Of a stretch of DNA of 64,000 bases, positions 25,982-40,425 are shown piece by piece. Origin of the DNA: Trichoplax sp. H2. Its lineage: Eukaryota. Numbering within the stretch: position 1 is the stretch's first letter; each line of letters begins with the position of its first letter. The DNA lies in the NCBI GenBank assembly GCA_003344405.1, contig NOWV01000276.1, forward strand, positions 1 through 64,000, written 5' to 3'. The translations under genes were made by a program, and so were the position numbers. The notes below the pieces were generated by a model. The model worked only from the letters and a program-made list of their open reading frames with translations. It was not told the origin of the DNA and made no database searches.

Positions 25982-28900
25982 ACCTAAAGTTACTCCAATA
26001 ATTTATTCTAGGAGACTTTGTTATGCTTAATAATTCTAACCAAATTCATAATTTTTCCAATTCAGTAACATTGTTATTTGTGATACTTTTACCTAAGTGA
26101 TAAAATACAAAACAGCTTTTTTCAACCACACCCTTAAAATTATCTTATTTTTTTACAAGCGGATAACATTTACGTCATTAATTGCTTCTGATTTTTTGAT
26201 TTGATAATTGACTGTTGAATAATAAATGAAACTGCTTAAGAGATGAATGTTTCTCGTTAACTAGACTACGTTATTCATTATTTCCTATACGTATAAGCTT
26301 AGAATATATATGAATGGCAAATTGTATGCCACAGTTGAAGCTTCTCGTTTACGCTTCAGGCTTGAATATGATAAATTGTCAGTCATTTCAGCTAGTATAT
26401 TAAATATAAAAAGTCATTGATTAGTTTTTTTATGCTACGAAGGTAACCAAACAAACGACGGATAATAACATTTACGTCATATATGGCTTCCAAACTATTG
26501 CCCAAGGTAAGAGAAAACGAATGGAGTAAATAAACAGATTGGTTTTGATTAGCTTAACATGTTGCTTGCTATATTAAACGCATAAACCATGAGATGTTGA
26601 TCAGACTTTTTTTCCTGATGGATTAGTTAGTAAAAATGGTATGCCATCTTATATATTAAAATATAGCCCAAACCAGACTATACGTATGAAAATGACTTTC
26701 TGAATTTACGTATAAACAAATAAAATTTTCGCCTACCACTCATTCTCCTGCCATATGTAAATGATAAATTAACAACAACTATTCATCATGTTAAATACGT
26801 TAAATGTCAGCAATATCACTCATCAATAATCAACATTATATTTTTGTTAATCATTTGCAATTGTTAAAATTAGATGAAAAGATTTATAATCACGCACATG
26901 TAGCGTTACTAACGTGATTATGATCAAGATGAAGAGATATCATGATTTGTTATCTGTCAAATTTTTTATATTTGAAATATTTTATCCGTTTTAAAAGGTT
27001 ATTGTTACCTTTACATGCTATTAAGTATAACTTCAACTCCGCTAGATCATGATGATAGATGCTTTTTTAGCCATCAAATCAAAAAATTTTAGCACTAAAC
27101 ATTCTACTGCCTGCATTAGTGATATTAAGACTGATTAGAATTTATCAGTAGTAAATCTAAATGGAAATAATAGGTATCTAAATTAATAGTAAAGTAATAA
27201 CTTATCTCTTTTTTAAATCGCAAGAATTTTAATCTTGGTAATAATAATTGTAAGAATTACGAGATTTCTGTTTACAAGCATTTCCTTTTGATAGTAAAAT
27301 CTTGTAATCATAGCATGAATAGAAAGGCTAAGGCCAATTCTAACATTATATTCACATCAATTTTAATCTTTTGGATAATGGTCGTAAAAATTGCAATATT
27401 TCTGATTACACGGAATCTTTTATTTCAGCATTATTAGTCAACGTTGAGTTCGGATATGACGTCAAATCAAGAGGAATAGCCATTTTTATTATTAAATAAC
27501 ATCTGCTCTACATGCCAAATAGATCTCATTGGCAATTTAAGCGGAAAATAAGTGTTGCACTATTCTTTCACTATGCAAGGATATTATCTGCCTCAGAAAA
27601 ACATCAACGTCAATGTTTATACAATTCCATGCTGATAAAGGTGGAAACATTAGAGTTGACATTGTTAGATATGGAAATGACGATCTCTAAAGTAGATTCC
27701 CAAACAATTCATAATAGAACTTGAAGTATTTCCAATACATGTAAGCGAATAACGGACAATTGACGTTCAAAAGCAAGCAACTTAAATACAAGCATTATAA
27801 ATTTGGCTTATGCTGTCTTGATTAATGATATTGGATGCTTGCTATTGTTTTCGTTGTTGTTTTATCAGAGGTTATTGTTACTATTGACTAAAATGAAAAG
27901 GAGATATCGGAAATATTAGAGAATGGTCTAAAATTTTGCTTAGATAAATTGGTAAAATGACTATGAACAAAGTTGTCTGCATGAATGATAAGATGATTAA
28001 TAAATACCCTACTTATGACATAATGTGAATAATAAGCAATAGAATTAGATACTAGTAAATTAAAAAAACAATAGTGATCATCTTTATTTTAAAAAATAAA
28101 ATGTCGCTAAAAATCATCTTTAACTAGGTTATCCTTGTTTTCATCTCGTCTACGTTGTAAAGACTACGCTTCGACCTGTTCATACCTTTAAATCAGTCTT
28201 AAAATAATATATATAAAATTTTACTTGAGACAGAGTGTAGATACGGTTCCATTCTTACTGGACTAGTTTAAGTTAAGACTCTATGCATATAAAATGAAAT
28301 AAGGTCATAATATGGCTACAAATCAGAATTAATTCTGAATACAATCTTTAAATATAAATAAACATGTGCAAATCATTTCCTGTGCGGTTCTTAGGTATAC
28401 AGTTATTAAATAATTTTTTTGACCATCATACTATAAGAATGAAAAACACGTTAGCCTGACTGAATATGAAATAAACTACAAGCACATGCCATATTTTCTA
28501 AATTATTTTTTGAGAATTTTTTTCCTGAAGTTTGTTACTCTTCATGTTTCAAAAGATTTTTAATCGCCGCATAACCGTGATGTTGAAGATATGCATTATG
28601 GTAAATTATTATCTGACACTATAGTATTTATGGTAGAAACCTAATTCTGCGAAGTTGCCAAGAACTAATGTACAACGCATTACCAGGCATATACGCGCAT
28701 ATTAATTTGTTTTTTATCGTTGCTTCATTTTCTATTATAATAAAATACGCGTATATTTTATGCTGGCTACTATTGATTTGTGGATAATGTGAACATAACT
28801 TGGAAAGTGAATAAAACTGATAAACGATGAGTGAGCTAATACAAGATTCATGGGTAGGAGTAATTATATCTCGAAATTGAGTTCTTCAACTGATAAAGTG

Positions 28901-29434
28901 CTAATTACCCGTCTTGACTAGAGGCAATGACTAGCAATTTTAAAAAACAAAGCAAATTATTTTTCATCGATGCAAATGTAAAAATATCCAATGCTGTGTC
29001 TTAATGACTTTGATAAATTGAGTTGATTTAAATGGACAATAAAATTCTACTCAGAATTATTGACAATTACCAAAGTTGATATTTTCCAGATACAAAGACA
29101 TTTCATCTTGACAACTAGAAAAATTTATATGCTTCTTATATGTCCTATAACAGGCAAGATTAAAGTGAAAAATTAATTACTATACTCCTACTACACTATT
29201 CAAACACAAGTATTTATTCCTTAGCATTGATATTCTTAAACTATAACCATCGTTACATCCTTAAACAGCATCAGATCTTCTCCTAGAAAGCTTCATAAAG
29301 AAGCAAACTATTGCTATTGCTTTCATACGTTGCAAATTCGCTAAACGATGCTTAATATTACATGAGATAACCAGGTATAATTTTCGTAAACTATTAATCA
29401 TAAAACTTGCATGCTTCCCATCAACTAGATTTAT

Positions 29435-29548
29435 ACATTTATAATTAGAGCAATTCCTATTGTAAGTGACTAGTTGTAATATAATATCACTATATTATAT
29501 TAACCAAATTTAGAGATCTATTTCTTCACGGTAGTTCGTACCGTGGCA
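29435..29548 (-). mobile_element. Truncated fragment of the family-2 LTR-like element
   Basis: tttataattagagcaattcctattg...ttcttcacggtagttcgtaccgtggca matches ~51840-51950 with few substitutions. Confidence 0.8.
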
Positions 29549-30703
29549 ATACTATAATCGAACGATAGAACTGAAAGCTAAGAAAATATTCCAAGAAAGT
29601 TAACCATAAGTACTAGACATTAGATCAACAACTGGCAAAATTAGCTATAATCTGAAACGATATGCTAAGCTTTCATCAGCTTTCAATATTATCATAAATT
29701 ACGGCATTACTTTCGCTCATATAGCCTACAGCTACAGTAAATTAATACGTCCAGATTTTTGCACGGTCTGTTATTAAATAGGCACACCATAATAAAACTA
29801 TATTTATCCCGATTATAGCTATAAAAGAAAAGATGTGAGTCAATTTTAGGTGGGCATAACGACAATATTGATTACATTATTAATATCGAATAAAGTAAGA
29901 TGGATACCAGGCCAAACCGGATAATTCCAATTATATTTTTCAATCCATCAGTCAGCAACTTCATCACCATTGATTCTCAAATATACCCATTTTATTTGAT
30001 ATTACAAAAAACTACTGATACCATATGAACAGCAGGAATATCACGATCATTACTTTCAGTTGACAATCTATTTATTTACAGCTTTCAAACATTAAGACAA
30101 AAAGCTATCATTTAAATAGGATAATGGCAATCATTCTAAACTTAGTACGTAGGCCATAAATGAAATGATTTTATGTTAATTAATACAAGCAAAGCTCTAT
30201 GGATGAATATCAGTAAGTTGCATGCAATTAAGAAATAAATCTTAAAGTATTATGTCTGATGCCGGACACGTAGTCATAACAGTCTAGTTTCAATCTATAC
30301 TAATTGTAAATATTATTTTTAAAACATTCACTGCTATAAATAGAGATTAACTGACTAATTGCCGCTGTTGAATTAATCCACAGCACCGAATGAGAAATGA
30401 CTAATATTGAGTTCCTTGTGTTATTGTAGTAATTGAAAGGTGACCATAACGAGCCTGTATTGGAGTTAGTTATTGTTTCATAACTTATTGAAATTTTAAA
30501 TTTGTACATTTCTCCTTATTTAGCAACTGATTACAGATAATATTTAAATCATGTACTCACTACTTATACGAACGTTAATGTTTATATTTTCAAACAGATA
30601 GAAAATAATGCGGCTTTTCAAGGCTGATTGGCGATCACAGTTCACGCAGATAGCTAAAGCTACCGCTATTTTAAGTGCATTTTTTAATTACTAGAAATAT
30701 CAC

Positions 30704-31512
30704 TGTCACAAAACAGCTTTTCAACAAGATAACGCAATCTATGATCAATAAGTCAATTCCTTGAACCACGTATCAAGGAACGATATCTGCACTATCACAA
30801 ACACTTTTGCTCTACTAGCAGACTACACAAAGACTTAAACGCTTTGTATTTTACGTTAAACACTAAGTTGGACAATTCTTCTTTATTTCACGATATACTG
30901 CATTTATATACTATTCCTCAATAGTTCATGAGTCATAGTTAATACAATTAACATTAGAATCATTTACTGAATTNNNNNNNNNNNNNNNNNNNNACATTTC
31001 TCCTTATTTAGCAACTGATTACAGATAATATTTAAATCATGTACTCACTACTAATACGAACGTTAATGTTTATATTTTCAAACAGATAGAAAATAATGCG
31101 GCTTTTCAAGGCTGATTGGCGATCACAGTTCATGCAGATAGCCAAAGCTACCGCTATATTAAATGCATTTTTTAATTACTAGAAATATCACTGAAAATTA
31201 AATAAAAATAGTAGCGTCAAACTTAATCTAGAATAATATTATTCCTAGGCGAGTTAAGAATAATGCATGCTTCAGTTTCGGCTTTTAAAAAATATCACAG
31301 CTCAAACTACTGCTTATATCAGTACTATCGCACTTCTTTATAATAAATTTCGATAAAACATTTAGAATTGCTACAGAGATGTNNNNNNNNNNNNNNNNNN
31401 NNATATTAAAACACAGTATATCCAAATTAGAAGTTAACTAAATAAGGATAGTCTAATAGAATTATCCTAACATAGATATTTCTACTGTAATACAGTATAT
31501 AACACTGTAACA
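30704..31512 (-). mobile_element. Solo-LTR-like element, family 1, copy 3 (split by two N gaps enclosing the empty allele)
   Basis: Left part 30704-30973, right part 31403-31512, TSD ATCAC; empty site ATCAC at 31187-31191. Confidence 0.85.
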
Positions 31513-34500
31513 ATCACTGAAAATTAAATAAAATAGTAGCGTCAAACTTAATCTAGAATAATATTATTCCTAGGCGAGTTGAGAATAATGCATGCTTCAG
31601 TTTCGGCTTTTAAAAAATATCACAGCTCAAACTACTGCTTATATCAGTACTATCGCACTTCTTTATAATAAATTTCGATAAAACATTTAGAATTGCTACA
31701 GAGATGTCAATACCATTTGGATAGGTGATGATCTAATTATACAGTACCATGATCTACTTGCTGTCTAGGCAATCTAAATAAGAGAAAATATGAAGAAAGC
31801 AACCATATTCGGCTCAAGATAGTAATCGTAATCGTAATCGTAGTTAGGTAACATAAACCTAAGTGATATTGCCACAAATTCAGTCCAGCTACACCGGTAA
31901 ATCATAACTAATTTCATTAAGAAACTGATTGCCTAGTTATTCTTTAGATTTTTATTGTCTAGTCGACAGCTATAACATAAAACCTTCAATATTGACACAA
32001 ATTGCCACTTTATTATCTATGAGTCGGTTTTTTATAAATAAGTCTGAAACTGAAATTTTATTCCGCCTAGGCTAATTAATAGCCTATTCGAAGCACCTGC
32101 ACTACATTACGGTAAATAATTTCACTATTCCAATTAAAAGAAGTAATTTTGAATCTGTTGAACCAATAATCATGGTACTATTGTTTGGAGTATCATGAAG
32201 CAATCTTTTAGGGTGTGCTTTCCGGGAAAGTGTTTTAATATCCGATAAAAATTAAAGATATAGATCTGAGAGACCTTGCAAGAGAATTTTAAGACTACGG
32301 CAGATATTTCTAATAAAAAATAAATTTCCCATTTCAGCGTTTATCGAAATATTCCAGCTATAAAATTGATTTCTATTTGCCTTCATTTAGAAATTCCAAG
32401 TTGTAATAAGAGTTTATTGACTATACTAGCTCAATAATATTATCAATTAAGGCCACAAAAATTAATAAAAGCCATTACTCCATTATTTATCATTGAAACA
32501 GCAGGCGTAAAATTTTAAAACTCTCGCTAACATTTCTAGAATGAATAATCAAAATATAGAAATTTAGCAGGTAGTAAAAATCGATAATCCCATAACAAAT
32601 ATATGTAATACAATAAAATCGTATAAGGAAGTGAAAGTTTTAGAAAAACCACATCTAATAAACTATTTTTTTACTTAAAAGATGATGAAGATTTTTTATT
32701 ACAAAATAAAGAATTAAAGCTAGTAAAGGGCTATTTGATAATTTCAAAAAAAGTTATTCGTTTCTCTATTCAAGAAAAGGTGTTTAATTTAAGCTTTGAA
32801 CTTGCTATAAGGATACCAAGATATTACAACAAAATATAATTGGCGGTATAGCATTAATCTTTTCTCTCAGTCAGATGACATATCACATTCATAATAATAA
32901 AATATTTATTATGACTGCAACGTTATTCATACCTAGCTATATTTTATAAATACTAGCAACTTTCAAATATAAATCAACTACATGGTTTATTCTAATTCAA
33001 GAAAAGGTGATACTCGAAAACAATGCAAATTTAAATAATTCTGCCCATTATCACATTGGTTTGGATTGATTTCTATTTGTATCTATTCTGAAATAAATCC
33101 AGCTCAAATAGTAAAAATATCCAGTATATTATAGTGTACTGTTAGATTCCAATGGTTTGAATTAAAAGCAAATAGAAGTACTGATCAAAGGCATAAGGTA
33201 AAATTAACAGCTCTTATAAAATTGCTGTATGTTAATTCAAAAAATTAATAAAATACATTTATGATATGGCATGATAAAGATGAGAATGACAATAATTGAA
33301 ATTAATTTAGAAAATTAATTGTAAACTATTTTATGACTAATAAGCTCCTTCCTGCGTACATTAAATAGGATTGGTTAGTCAATAGCCACTAAGAAGAAAT
33401 GATATTTACAATGATAGAATTATTGGAATGAATAAGAGTTATTTTTACGAGATGAAAATTATTCAAATTCAATCATTGTCTTTCTAACAAGTTACTTTTG
33501 ATTGTTATTTTTATATCATCATCAGATGAGACAATACGGCTCATTGAATCCACTTTTTCAGTAAAATAACCAAAAAATGAGGGGGTGGAAAATATAATAC
33601 ATCAATTGGAGAAAAAAACGCGATGCTCATAATAACTAAATGAGTTCAAATAATCTATTCAAATTGGCTAATTTACAGTATAACATTATCATTCATCAAA
33701 AATCTATCACAACCTATCCCTGCATAAAAAATAATTAAATCTCTATTATTGTTGAAAGACCTATCCTCGAATGATGATATTATTCTTCACTAGTTAAACC
33801 TATATGTTCAGCTTGCCTCGTCTTGGTAATGATTTCATTTCTATGCAATAAATTGATAAATGAGTTACTTAATTTCAACAAATTGTATAACATCGTATCT
33901 AACTCATTCAGTCGAATAACTTCAATCCATATGATATACGTATATGCACTGTATATCTCTATTCGATTGATATAAAGTTTTGTTCTATCTACTTCAATTA
34001 ATAGAAATGATATAGCAGTAATATAATTGCAAATATTTAATCCACCTCTTCCCCTACAATTCAGTCGGATAAAATTTTTATAATTTTATCTTCAATCTTT
34101 GTCAATCTATATCAATTTTGCATAAGGTTAAATACGAATAATTTCAGTTGGCTAAGTGTGGTGCAATTTATGTTTGTCATTATCAGTAACTATACTTATT
34201 ATTATAGTGCTATTATATCGACAACCATTATTAGAGTAATAAAGATTGTTATTACGATGGTAGTCAATATGCCATACTGACTGCATGATAATCGAACAAT
34301 ATTTTCATTTTTCATAGCCGATCGGAATTAGTGACAAAGATAACAGAATCAAAATTTTGCTTCTATTTTTACCAAAAATAATATTATCTATATGAATACA
34401 TTAAGATATAGACGCATACGCTGATCGTTATAAACGATGGCGTCTCATATACTTTCAAAATTTATTAACTGTCAACATCTTTAAGGTTGAACTAGACTTG

Positions 34501-37500
34501 AAATTTGATTTAGTTATTGTTTCAAGCTGTTATTACTTTGGTTTACTATTGATACAGATGGTATTTTTTATTTTTTGACTGTTTTCCTCTCTTTAGTTGT
34601 ATACTATCCTTTCTTGCTGTTGTCTAATCAAGCTTGGAGATATTGAATCCAAATAAGATGGATGATCTTATTAGCTTTAACTATTGTCATTTCTTTGTCT
34701 ATTTTTACAATGCTTGCACAGTTGGTCATAACCTGGTAAACAATGATCAGATACTACTTTCCTCCACCCTCTAGCTTATTTTCTTCTCCCCTTAGACACT
34801 CCTGTCATTTGTTAACATACCGTTGAGTAAGACAGTGTCATGAAAACAGCAGGACAACCAGCCTCGATTGTCAAAATAGCTATCAGCCATTTCTGAAACT
34901 CATGGTTAACCTCTTATTCAACGTTATCTTAGGAAAGAGAAAGAAAAAAATCAGCACTTACATTACTCTGATCATTCTAATTTAGCTTGATTCGATGCTT
35001 TTTACACCATTAATCAACCAAATAACACCATTCGACAAATAATTCTGACACTGTACAATTGAAGGAATTGACTTCCAGCTACAATATCTATTGGTCAACG
35101 CCTAATATTTGTAATTCGGATATATAGATCGAAGAAAGAAACGAATAGGTAATGCAATTGAACTAATTTATTTCGTAGCAAGTACGGTAATCAAGTTGGA
35201 GTAATACGTAACTCGATAATTGGGATTAGAATGATTTTTAAAATATTCACTTTGTATCTTTCCAAGTGATTTGAAATCTTCTAGACATCTAAAGATCATT
35301 TACAAGCAGAGCTATAATTATCGTACGTAAAGAAGACTGCTAAAAAAATACTAAAGCCTAACTACCTATAAAGCGACCTGATTGTTTCTGATCAATTAAC
35401 AAATAATTGGCTATCAGCTAGAAAAACTTGCTATTATTTATTATCATCTAATTCAACTGTAATTTATATTTTTTAGAATTATCATTTAATTCCATTCTTA
35501 ACTATGAAGGGAAAGCATCTAGCTGAATGACCAGTTGAAGAGATCAGCTATATTAATTTGGGCTATTGCACTATTTGAATTACAGCTGGACTAATACGAC
35601 CGTTGATTGAATTGAATTCATTAAACAAAAAGATCAAAATCAATCCTGTTGGAAGATTAACATTGAGAACGGGGAATCGGACTAAAACTATCCTTTATAT
35701 CAAGCATCTTATTTCCTTTGATCATCATCTATATTAAAGTAAGTCTAGCTTAATATCTTTGGTATCATCCTGTCATATGCGAACTTAGTCGTTACAATTG
35801 AAAATAATGGATAGAGAACATGTAATTTTTCGTCAAACAGCAAAAGTTCTCATATGGTGGGTTGTAGGGTCAAAATAATTTAAGAATATAATTTTGGGTA
35901 ATTATCCTACTTATTAGTTAGACCCATATTTAAAGTAAAGCCATCATCTTGCCATGATGATATTTAGCGATGAGAAAAACTATCGTGTCGGTATCGGATT
36001 AGAATCCGTTTAAATTTTTATCTAGTTTATTGGTTGTGTCTAATTTAATACAGCAGTTCCTATGATAGTTAACAGACCGCATCTAATTTTATTAATATAT
36101 CTAACTAGAGAATACTTGATAGAACTGCTAGATCATCATTGTCTACATTAAATACCCCGTGTAAGCGGCCGTACTGAACTCAAAACGTTTCTAAATACTA
36201 TTTAACGATGAAAAATGGGCAATGATACGCGATGTATTTTTTCTATCAATTATTCATCTTTATTCTACTCGATCTTAAAATTGACCAATACAATCAGCAG
36301 TATTTGATTATCTGGGTTTTTTTTATTTAATCTCATCATTTCCTATAATAGTTCACTGTATCTATATGTTATATTTATCATGAATCACAACATGTTATTT
36401 AATAGGCCTAATTATCTTACGATCATATTAATAGAATTAGTCATCGCAGTCGCAGCGCTTCTGTCAAAATCGATTGACAGTTATAGTGTTAACTTAATGT
36501 GATAGCAACAACATTTTCAATATCAAATTTGTCAAAGTAGCGAGTTGTTCATGATAGGATCATAGCAATCACTTAATTTAATGATGATGACAGCGATGAT
36601 ATTGGTACTCCAGCATAATGATGTTAATTATTATTAGGAAAGTATTCCTCTATAGAGTGTCCATTAACATCAAAGTATAATGTCAGCCAGAGTAGACGTC
36701 GATAGCTTCGCAATATCGCTTGGAACGCTAATTTATCATGTTCAATTGAATAGAATTACTATTCAATTATCAGTCAGATAGCTTTGGTAGATTATCTAAT
36801 GACTGTTCTTGGTTAACATTAAAAGACATCAAATCAATTTAGGCTACTATAATCAGCTACTATCGCCTTTTAATAGCAATATCAACTGTCTTTGACACTG
36901 CTGTCCGATAAACATTTTCAATGATCATCACGTCATAATACTCAATGATTTGAGTTATTGTAGTTTTCCAAGTAATTTTTTGTTGTTGTTGTTGTTTTTA
37001 TTAGTCATGTTCTTACGAACAGATAAAAAAAATCAGCAATTATAAAATCATCATCCTAATTTACAAGTATCAACAGTTGAAAATCTAATCAGTGATGGTA
37101 GCCGATTGATAGCAATAGGAACTCATTTCAGTCTTGTTCGCCATGAACAAGATTACCCTAAACGGTATTATTCTACCGCTGCTCGTAATCAATGCCTTTC
37201 AATTTTCTATAGTCAAGGTAAATTAATGATAATTTAGCCTTAATTAGTGAATCTGCCCTATCGACGTCATTCTTAGTGATACATTGGAAGAAAATTCCAG
37301 TAGGTGATGATGGAAAGCAAAATAGAAAATATCTACATCATTCAATTTAAAATTGAACTGAGAAGAAATAAAAGTTCTCATTAATGTTATTGATGGATCT
37401 AATATTTCAAGTTCCTATTAAGGTAGTCCGATAGTAGATATTGTTGCTATCCAAACTGTAAGTATAGCCTTCATAGAAATGTAGTGTTTTTCATTTAAAG

Positions 37501-39357
37501 AATTTATGAATCGATCTTTAAGATCACGATGACGAAAGTTAAAAACGATTATTTATCGGAACATATCTTATCCGTATCAATATTACGACCCTATTTCAAC
37601 CATTAAATAAATAAATGAAAAAGTCAATGACTGTGTGATAATAGAACGAAAAAGAAAAGAAAAGTAAAATACATACGAATGGCTATAAAATACCTTGTCA
37701 TGATATTAAAATATGGTTTACACATAGAATAAAAATACGATTTTGATTTGAAACAATTGCATTGATGAAAGTCAACAGGACAAATGTTCAGTATTTACGA
37801 AGGGAAAGAAGGTGAAAATTTTAGTCCTTTTTGACACTGTATAACTATCGTGCATTTCATAATATCCCTAACTCGTTTTGCCAATGGCAATATTGGGTAG
37901 CTATAATACTGAATAAAAGGTATGACGAAGGTAAGAATAATAATTTCAATTTAGACGTCAACGACGATATTCAATCAGTCTTGCATTCAATTTAAATTAT
38001 AGTTCGATATTGCTGTAATTCATTTATTGGCTATTATTGCCAAGACAGTCGCTTAGCTTAGCCGGGAGAATCACAAGTTCAACTAGATTACTCTCTGTTC
38101 TTGTTGAAGAAGTCATTAGATCAAAAAATAGCCCCCCCCCCTTAAAAAAAAAATGGAAACACATCATTTCTAGCATTATGTCAATTTTTTTTAAGATGAT
38201 CAAATTGGCAATTTTACAGATTTTAGCATCATTCTTTTTTGTTTTTAATTTTGATTTCATCCCATCTAAATCTGTATAACTTATTAATTATTCAAGAGGT
38301 TATCTAATCGACTTCGATCGATTTGAGTCAATTTAATGATCAAGTTATTTATTTTTCTTGTAACCAAGTCAATATTATTATATCAGCCAAGACAATAATT
38401 AAGTCAATATAGACTAATTGAGTCTCTGTATATCGAGAAAAGATCCGTTATAAGACATCAAATCGGTCAATGATTCATTCTATCGTCAACAATAATATGC
38501 ATGATCATCACTGCAGGCTATTGGGATTCTGACAGTTGGATCACATCATGTCGCTCCTTATCTATTGAATTGATAGATAAAAAAATGGAAAAAATGATAA
38601 CCGAGATAATACTTGCATTTATTTGTTCTACATGACTATTGAATAGAAGTTGATTGTTACATATTTTTTTTTGTTATTGATTGATAAGTGATGAAAGAGG
38701 AATTGATCTAGTCTACTCGATAGTATTCAATGATGCCAAAATAGGCACTAAACTATCATTAGTCGCATAATGATCGAGGATAGAGAAGACTAGACGTAGG
38801 TACCGTTCCATTCTTCATTAGCTGGAGTTGGGAAAGAATAATGTTTGTATTTTCCATTGATATGACAAATAAAAAATAGAAATAGGAAGCCTATACGTAC
38901 TTTCATTTCATCGCTTAAGTCAAAACTTTTTTATTGAGGCGACCAATGTATTCTGATTAGTTGATAATGATGAATTGAAAACTGCCGTATTGATTGATGT
39001 TCGCTTACTGTTGGGAGAGATGGTTGTTTATTATTATACGATTGCCATAAGTAATATGCTAATGGCGACTATGATTCGTATTTGTCAGTAAATTGCTGTC
39101 ATCTTATTCAAGACTGAAGATCAATTCATCTTTCTGTGTCATCATGACTAACCGGATCAATTCTATCTTGCAATTTTTCCCTTAATTATTAGGTGTACAA
39201 GAGAATTTGACGTACTTCAGTAGCCAATTGATAACTTGAATATTGAAGAGTTAGGCGACTATTCTTCTAGTTGGCATCCTTAATCTAATTTCATATCGTC
39301 ACAAGAAATTGCCATCGCTCATTTAATAACAAGTCTAGCCAACAAGATCAATTCATC

Positions 39358-40425
39358 ATGTCCAATATAACCAATCAAACGGAAATTCCATTCGAAACAG
39401 TTCAATCAACGATCGTTTACGGCGTTATTACAGGACTAACTATCCTGACTAATATTTTTATGTTAGCATTAATTGTATCGGAGCGTAAACTTCATACGAT
39501 GTCCAACTGGATCATGGCTAGCATGTTTTGTGCTGGAATCATCTTTGGCCTACTTTATTTATTACCTCGATGGGTACTCTATTATCAGTGGGTTAAACAA
39601 GATCCAATCGCATGCACTGTTCTACCATTAACTGGTATTGGATTAATTGTGAACTTAAATTTACATTTAACCTTAGTCAGTTTGGATCGCTACTTTTGCG
39701 TAATATTTCCCTTTAAATATGAAATGAGGAAAACGCGTTTAATTGCTATGTCATCCGTAGCCGCTGTCTGGTTATTGAGTATTTTTAGTGCATATTTGCC
39801 GCTATTTACAATATTAATGCCCCCACCCAATACCTGTGTTAAATTCAGGCCTGCTAACCCAGTCCATCACGCTTATTTAATCACTATTTTCAGTGTTTTA
39901 TTTTTCTTTCCATTGCTGGTGTTAATTGTGACTTATACACAAATCTTATTCATTGTTAACAGTCACACACAACGTGATAAAATCATCTCTCGACGTGCTA
40001 GTACGCCAATCTCAGTCATTAAGCGTAATATCCGAGCAATCAAACATATGGCCATCATGATTGGTATCTTTATCCTATTTTGGCTGCCTTACGTTGTTGT
40101 CTTTTTAATGTTATATTCCTCCAAATTTGTTACACCTACGACAGCACAAGTGATACGCAGCTTGCAGTATTTAGCTTTTTCCTATCCAGCTATGAATCCA
40201 CTCCTTTATGGCTATTTTACAGCTAGTTTACGTAGGGAAATTGAGAAACGAGTTCGTGCTACGTGGCTTGGCAATCTTCTGTGTAGTCGATTGGCAAGCA
40301 ATAATCGCGCTAATACTGTGCACAATCCAACTGTGGACAGTATTGTTGCACAAGATTGGAAGCGAAAATCATCTGCTCATACTATTACCGCTTTCAATGT
40401 CGAACAAGCAAATTGTGTTAAATGA
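39358..40425 (+). CDS. Intronless class A (rhodopsin-like) GPCR, orphan, 355 aa
   Basis: Seven hydrophobic segments, N-glycosylation sites NIT/NQT, C3.25, SLDRY, TM4 W, FILFWLP, NPLLY; probable 5'UTR intron acceptor at 39191-39192. Confidence 0.93.
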   Translation: MSNITNQTEIPFETVQSTIVYGVITGLTILTNIFMLALIVSERKLHTMSNWIMASMFCAGIIFGLLYLLPRWVLYYQWVKQDPIACTVLPLTGIGLIVNLNLHLTLVSLDRYFCVIFPFKYEMRKTRLIAMSSVAAVWLLSIFSAYLPLFTILMPPPNTCVKFRPANPVHHAYLITIFSVLFFFPLLVLIVTYTQILFIVNSHTQRDKIISRRASTPISVIKRNIRAIKHMAIMIGIFILFWLPYVVVFLMLYSSKFVTPTTAQVIRSLQYLAFSYPAMNPLLYGYFTASLRREIEKRVRATWLGNLLCSRLASNNRANTVHNPTVDSIVAQDWKRKSSAHTITAFNVEQANCVK

